DNA of 64,000 nucleotides from Perkinsus olseni (Eukaryota): NCBI GenBank assembly GCA_013115125.1, contig JABANN010000075.1, positions 1 to 64,000 of the forward strand, read 5' to 3'. Shown piece by piece: positions 56,880 to 64,000 of this stretch (position 1 is its first letter; each line of letters starts with the position of its first letter). The notes under the pieces were generated by a model. It saw only the letters and a program-made list of their open reading frames with translations, ran no database searches and was not told where the DNA came from. The position numbers and the translations under genes were made by a program.

Positions 56880-58088
56880 ATGTCCTGTCAGTCCGTATAT
56901 CCCTCCCAGCACAGTATGCAATATCCCAACCCTCAGATCCAGCCACCGGGCCAGGTATCTCGTCGTGGCTTAACCAGAGGTTACTGCCTCTCAGGTCCAG
57001 ATGGCCACCGTGATCGGCAACCCTATGCCGGTCATCCAGCCCAATGTTGTTGATGGTATGCAGGTGGTAGCTGGCTTGAAGAGGGTACAAGCCTTCGCTA
57101 GCCTCTCTGAGACTGAGGGTTCGGTCCTCAGGTACAAGTTCGCGAGCTGCGTCAGATGTTAGAAGCAATCACGGGCTTTGAGCAACGCAACAAGTAGAGA
57201 TACTTCCGTTTAGTGTTAACCAATGACGATACCCTCAGGTATATCGTGAAGGATGAGGCGGGCCGAGAGCTCTTCTATGCTGTTGAGGAGTCTAATGCGT
57301 GTGAGAGGAACTGTTATCCCCCGGACTGTGCTCCATGGGATTTACATATTTATGTATTGGGGCCCAAAGGGTAGGCCATCCTGCAGCACGGCTGCACCCA
57401 ACGTACGTGTGGCCTGACAGATTACAGGGAGACCTCATCCATTGGCTCACCGTGCATCGTCCGTGTACCTGCACGTGCCTCTGTGCCAATCGACCAGTAG
57501 CATACGTAACCGAGACGTCGACTGATCAGTGAGCCCATCCGAGACGCTCCATTGAATGCGCATAGCCTGCTAGTTTGTTGGGTACCCTGCACGATCCCTA
57601 TGCATGCTGTGATCTCACGTTCAAGATTAAAGATGCTGCCGGTAATGACGTCATAACAGGAGTCGGAGGATGCTGCCAATGGGGAATGTGTTTCCCTCTG
57701 CCATGCGGCCCTTGTCAACACATTGGTCTGCAACTATCCGATTCGATGTGAGTGTTGCAGCTCCACCTCGGGGGGTCATCTTGTTCATGTCTCAGGAATA
57801 ATTTCGAAGTTGGTAAAATTGATAAGTACTGGATGTGGGGTGACTGTTGCCCAATCTGTTTCAAGGTGAGAGGTCGTGGCTGATCAGCTGATTGATGGCT
57901 TCTCATCAGGAGCAAGATAACTATTGGATCACATTCGGGGAAGTTGAAAACCCTCGCTGGAAGGCTCTGCTGTTGGCTTTGGGAATATTTATGGACTTTA
58001 GGTAGGAGTGATAGTGCTGCAACTTGAAAGCCTCGACAGCGATCCCTCCAGGTATTTCAGCCGCCGGAACCAGGACAATGGAGAATGA
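56880..58088 (+). CDS. Phospholipid scramblase family protein
   Basis: P/Q-rich N-terminus; TGFEQRNKYIVKDEAGRELFYAVEES..CERNC; Cys-rich HRPCTCTCLC; VGKIDKYW; DNYWITF..RWKALLLALGIFMDFRYF. Confidence 0.9.
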
Positions 58089-58327
58089 AGTGTGAACATA
58101 AGCGGCCTGCCCATGTATAAGAGCATCGACTCGGTCGGCTCCAATGCCCTTTCTCATCTATCGTCAATTTCCCTCTCTTTGGTCTATCGGCCAATCCCGT
58201 AGTTTGTATTGAGCAAATGTGTTGAGTTGGGGAATCGTGGATGCTCAACTGCCCCTGAACTGTCTTTGATGCTGCTAGTCGACCTATCAGAATTTGCGCA
58301 GCTGGCCTGTGGTCCGTTGTTGGTACC

Positions 58328-60945
58328 ATGTCGAATTCGGGCAACTCTCTGGGGGGAGGGGGCAGTGCTTTAGACAGTGCTATGGAGGCCCTCAAGCGAG
58401 AACTGAGCAAAGGGACAATATCAAAAACGCCATCCCCAGCACAGAGCTCCGTCCAGCCTCCAAACGAATCTTTCGTGCATCATCAACAGTCACTGCAACA
58501 ACAGCAGGTACTAATAGCCCGTAGTGATATTCGCAGGACACATGGGAAAGCTGCTTCAGACAGGAGCAACGAGTAGCGCTGCTCCCTATCAACAACAGCA
58601 TTATCTCCAACAACAACAGCTACATCAGCAGCCGCCGCCGCCACGTCGATCACAGTACTCGATGCCTCCCTCCACTACAACCACCTCAGGAATGATGCAT
58701 CCGAGTGTGGCTGGGGCCGGAGGCCCAGCAATGCATGCAATTAATCCCAGCCAGACTATGCATCCCACTGCAGCTGGTAGTAACGATAATCCTCTAGCTC
58801 ACCCTTTTCGCCCTACCACATGATTGTATAACATACTGGCTACATATGCTCAACTACATCAGGTCTACCAGCGGCAGCAGTGGCTGCTCAAGCGGTCCGC
58901 CGAGCCAGCCTCACTCAACAGCAGCATCCACGTCCTGCTACTCCGCCCCGAACAGTTCCGGGTGGTGGGGCTGCGAGGCCTGTCGGAGGAAACCGTATAG
59001 CGGTGTCTATCGATATGCTTCAGCAAGTCGTGAAAGGGTATGTGGCCTCTTCGGCCCATCCGGCGACGCGTGAGGTAAAGCAGGACATGCTTGATCGGGT
59101 AAGGGCCACCTGCTCAATGGGTCTGACAACCTCTCATCCTCGGCGCGTTCGGTTCTCGCATGCACCCCCTCTCAGTTAAACCGTCTTACATGGAGTACAC
59201 AGAATAAGAACATACAGCAAGAAGTGGTGGCTATAATAGGCATGTAACAGCGGAGTCCCATTTTTATACCGGCTCCTCCACGTTGCGCAGGGAATGTATT
59301 CTCAGTCGCTTCTCAGCCTCGGGTTCGGGTAATTTCAGGCCTGCGCTTCAAGCAGCCCTTCGTTCGGTAAATTTGCTCCAAGGTCCTTCTGTACCACCGC
59401 GACAGTTGGCGGCCGCTGCAGCGGCAGCAGCAGCGGCTAACATACGCCAGATGCGGGTAGCAACCCACTCTCACGCGGCATCGTCATTTTTTTTGCATGA
59501 TATAGGCCGGCTCGCCATATTCCCCTTATCATCCGGGGACTCCACCATCGCCACAGCCAGGGAATAGAGCGCCTTCGCCATCACCTGGTAGCCAAGCTGG
59601 AGGCATCAATGCTAGAGGAGGCATATCGGCGAGTAGGAGCACTGCGACAGAATCATGCTCGATCTCTAGAGAAGTAGCGGCGAGATGCAGTACTATATGC
59701 TTTCCTGGTCAGGTAGTATGCTCCGTCGCCCTATGCCTATGAATGCTGTAGAGAGGGAGCGCCATTTAGCCAGAGCTGTATGCATGGGTGGAGATGTGAA
59801 AGTCCTCGCTGGTATTGACATAGGCTACGAGCAAGCCCTTCTAAGGCTTATGTAGGATAGTATGGGTACGAGTTGGTGTCGGGAAGCGCTTACAGGTATT
59901 CCGATGAAGAACCGGCCGCGGGGCCGGCTACCGCGGCCTCATCGAGGAAGAAGAAGAAGAGGCCAGCGCTCCTACCAGCAGAGCCGGTGGACAAAAGGCA
60001 AAGGCTGGCAATACCTCTCTCTATGATGGAGGGGCAGAACGAGGAATGTAATGAGGCGGATCATCAGTTCATGATGGCTGGGATCGAGCCCTTAGATCTG
60101 GAGAAAATACCCCTGGCTGAGAGTACCGTGAGAGAGAGACTGAGTGGTACCACTGCATTCCGTGGGGGCCTGTCGCGAAAAGCATGCAATGCTATGAGGG
60201 CGGTTACCTGTAATAATAGCATACGAACCTCCAACTGTTAATGCTCGCCCTCAGGGACACTGCTATCCAGCCTAGCAGGATTGATCTTGGAGGATAAAAG
60301 GAATTTGGAAGCGGCGAGGCATCGCTCTAGCCAAACGACCATGGATAGTGGATCCGCGGAACGTAGTAGGGGAATTATGAATGCCGCAGCTGCAACAGCC
60401 TTGGCATCCCTTCTTGACACCCATTCCATCTTAGCTAATGAGCCCTCGACCTCCTCCGCTATAGGACGGTATACGAAAAGTGAGGATTCTGCTGCTGCAG
60501 GCAGCGTAGCTACAAAGACTGTTGCTACTAAGCGGAATATGATCAATGGACAGTCGGTGATGGATACAACAAGCCCTATCATGTCCATCTTCAACTTCCC
60601 ACAGAAGTTAGCAGAAGACCTAAACGGGACTCAGGTACATCCATTTCCTACTCTTTGACTATCGGGGTGGAATTGACAGCACATCATAGGCCCTGTAGTA
60701 CAGTTCGTATTAAGCATTTCAATGATTCGAACACTGACGTACTCCATAATTGCGGACAGCATTCTTTCACTCGATACTCCTACTGCACGGGCGTGCTCTT
60801 CCTCATGTCGGCCCGGACGGGTATAGAAGAGGCTGGAGAGTTCACAGTAGCTCGCTTGCAGGGGGGCTTGTTAGCAATAACCAACCCTATATTTATGATG
60901 ACCTCACGGAGACTTGAAAGGGAGGGTGGAGGTGCGAATCCCTAA
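58328..60945 (+). CDS. Q/P/A-rich nuclear protein, possibly TAF4-like (TFIID subunit)
   Basis: Long Q/P-rich N-terminus, a helical domain, NLS RKKKKRP, then EAARHRS...NAAAATALASLL, reminiscent of the TAF4 'HR' and 'AN.TALAAIG' motifs. The similarity is weak and judged by eye. Confidence 0.4.
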
Positions 60946-61431
60946 GAACCCGGCCGTTCTCATTTTCAGGATGGCTCCCTCTTGGAATACTCAGGAAATG
61001 CTGGTATGCTAATGGAACAAGACCGTACAACAGCGGCTCACGTAATGCTGATGAACATGTTATACCCACATCACCCTCCCGTCGTTAGGTTCACTACACC
61101 TTGAATTTGATGCCGGCACGGTTTTCTGGTCCGTGTGGTTTGCGGCAGTTGCCTTTGAAAATTCCTAGACAGTTCTGGCCTGTCTGGTTAGCAAGGGCTC
61201 ATCATCAGCTCATCCAAATGTACATTCGCCAGTCTAGTATAACAGACATCCCACTACCATCGTCGTCATCTTCCTTCTCGGCAGCGACAGGTGGTATCGG
61301 GTAATATTTTTTCTTGCTGTTTCCTCTCCTTGCGTTCCGTCACATCCTGGGTATAACCCTGGGTTGAGCGAGCAGCGTTGGTCCTTTGCTGGTGGTAATA
61401 TGTATGGTTTCAGCGTAGTTCTCCAGTGGCC

Positions 61432-63317
61432 ATGGACCCGTCCTCCACCTCCACTTCGGGGACGGAGAAGACCCTTCGCGACCTCAATGCTGCCTACCCT
61501 GATACTCGTGCAATGGATGAGATACTCAGATGTGAGCATGAAAACATTGACCACCTCCTGAACGTTGCACGGATGGTAATCATCATTGGTATAAGATCGT
61601 GACTTGGTATATAATAAGCAGGTTATCAGTGACCCTACCTCGGCCGACAACCAACACTTCACACGAGCGGTCATACAGTCCTTGTGTCGGATAACTTCGC
61701 ACTTGCCTAATTCGACTCTAGAGGATTTTTCAGTACTGAGCTGGGGTACGGGCACCCAGGCGTACTCGAACTTCGCCAGATGCGCATGTTGGACCTGCTA
61801 TCGCCGGCATCAGCACCATCATCAGCGGATCTGGATCGACCATCACCGAGTGGGAATGGATGCCCAGCTGGATTAGAGGACGAGATCACTAGATTGCGGG
61901 TCAACCTGTCGGAGGTATCTGGGAGGCCTTGAGTCCCACACCAGCTGGAAGCTATTGAACGAGGCAGATCCATCAAGCCGCAGGAGAGTTTCTGGCCGCT
62001 GCCATGGACTTGGACCGAATAGATGCCGATGGTCGTGGCGGAGCAGGCCCCCCACCGTAGGCTTTCTTCCATTACTCCCATCAACTAGATTGGATTGCAG
62101 GAGCCTCCGGAGTAGCCTATCACGATGTGAACACTTTACTAAGATAGCTGAGCTCTATTTGGAAGGAGGTGATGATGTTTCTGCCGAATCATACATATCA
62201 CGAGCTGCTATGATAGTAAGCTAGTAGCCATCGTATGTTACACCAGTTACACTTCTTCGTAGGTTCCGGACTTAGGCGATGATGATGTTGGACTTCAGTT
62301 GAGGTTCAAGGTATGCCAAGCCAGGATATTCGATGCGAGGAGGAAGTTCCTTGATGCTGCATACAAGTACGAGGTCTCCTATATCGGCACTACTGTCTCA
62401 GTCTAGGTTTATCCATCAGGTATTTGGAGGTAGCCCTGGGCCCGCACAGCTCCTCGATCGATGCCGACGATATATCACAGCTCCTTCTTGGAGCTGCTCG
62501 ATGCGTTGTTTTGGCACCAGCGGGTCCAAAGAAGAGGCGTATACTACAGATGATAACTAGTGACTCTAGGTGAGATAATCGCTACTGATGCTACTGATCG
62601 ATTCCGTGTATTCTCGTTGATTATGTAGGTGTGAACAAGCTATACCGTCTTGCGAGTGGGACGTACTCACTAAGGTGAAGAATTTCAGGATTATATATCC
62701 AAGGGAGCTGAAAGAATTCGAGAAGGGGCTCAGTGAGCATCACCTGGCTCTGGGTCCTGACGGTAAGCAGGAGATGTCTATCATCAGCAGGCTCTCCATG
62801 TACGCTGGCTTACTCAGCATCGAACATGGTCCGCTCTAGCATGTTCACGTGCTCAACATTCATTATTCTCCCTTCTTCAGGTATGACCGTTCTCTCTCGT
62901 GCCATAACAGAGCACAACATAGTAGCCATATCTCATTTGTACAGCAATATATCCCTATCGCGACTGGGGGGCATTCTCGACGAAACACCAGCTCAAGTAG
63001 AGATACTAGCATCAAATATGATTGCTGAGGAGAGGCTGAAAGTGAGTGGGACATATTCGTGTTATGCGGTTATAAGTCTTGGCCACTATTATACCCGTAT
63101 GTGTAGGCCAGAATAGACCAGCTCTCCCAATACATGCTGTTCGATGAGTTTGACTCCGACGCGAAGTCTGTATCAGGATGGGCAAGGAATGTAGGACCAT
63201 CGTGTTCAGCTGCCTTCCTACGTTCAGTAATCCTATTAGTTACGGGGGCTGTGCAGCAGTATCGACGGTACAAGCAACGCCATTGTCGATATTGCTATTG
63301 CAGCGGGCCGGAGATGA
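61432..63317 (+). CDS. CSN4: COP9 signalosome subunit 4 (PCI domain)
   Basis: KIAELYLEGGDDVSAESYISRAA, LQLRFKVCQARIFDARRKFLDAAYKY, CVVLAPAGPKKRR, TVLSRAITEHNIVAISHLYSNIS, ASNMIAEERLKARIDQ. Confidence 0.93.
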
Positions 63318-63464
63318 TGGCGATGCTGATCTCAGAGACTTTGTGCTTGAGTACTTCTCTTATTCTCATCGACCTATTTCTCATCGAGCCTTTGTCGTGC
63401 TAAGTTAATTGCATCATTGTCCGCACTGCTCAGGACTGTGGCCTAGTTCCTAAGCGCTCTACTC

Positions 63465-64000
63465 CTATTTCTCATAGCCTAGCTGTCGTCTTATGGCTGC
63501 ATCACATTCTACTACTGCATCTCTATCATCCAGGCCCACCCTGGTCACCTGATGTTCAATAGGATTCGACGACGTGCGTTTCCATGCTGCGCTCAGGGTA
63601 AGTGAGGCTGCCCCCAACCCCTTCTCTGGGCGAGCCCGTATGCAACCGCTCAAGCACTCTTGTTCCGATGCATCGTGCACCGGTCGCATTCTTTCCGCTC
63701 AAAATCTGATGATCGATGTTGAATCTGCGCGTGCCAACTACTCGGAATTCTGTTCAGTTTCTGCGCACTTTACCCTGCCCTATCATGAGTTTACTTCTGC
63801 CTCACCTGCTGGACTCAGGCACGCTTCTTGACTTCGACGCTCACTCCTTGGTCGTCCGTCGTGCTTGGTGATGGCCCGCTGGTACCGCCTCTCTCATGGC
63901 GGTCTCGTTGGTTTCCCGTCGTTTAATATGGACTATACCAGGACCCAAAATCATCCGCCGCAACAAGAAGTATTCCTGCAGGGGGGAAATACTCTTCGAT
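63465..64000 (-). CDS. Possible 3' end of a hypothetical gene running off the window edge
   Basis: A minus-strand ORF ending ...AAIRRQLGYEK* converges on CSN4. No domain recognised. Confidence 0.25.

Overview
This is a compact, intron-dense eukaryotic window: most introns are short GT-AG, and many intergenic spacers are about 130-400 nt. The sequence style, gene content and long same-strand gene runs suggest a perkinsid/myzozoan alveolate such as Perkinsus (inference). About 22 protein-coding genes can be reconstructed by hand. Clearly recognisable ones are a YEA4/SLC35B4 nucleotide-sugar transporter, CCDC130/YJU2B, arginase, histone H3, RPT5, U2AF65, two tandem SKP1 genes, NSUN2/Trm4, CSN5, a DHHC palmitoyltransferase, a phospholipid scramblase and CSN4. 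Less certain calls are two RAP-domain and one further helical-repeat protein, a G-patch protein, a very large F-box/LRR protein, a START-like protein and a TAF4-like protein. Highlights: (1) a signal-peptide-bearing, bacterial-type alpha-2-macroglobulin with no visible thioester motif; (2) an H3 variant lacking T3, K36, K37 and K56, with a GC-AG intron; (3) a ppGalNAc-transferase-like probable pseudoenzyme; (4) a 306-bp TA-flanked MITE; (5) SCF, COP9 and proteasome genes close together; (6) a 100-nt perfectly identical tract between the SKP1 paralogues. Gene models were spliced by eye, so internal boundaries and some starts are approximate. No database searches were run.
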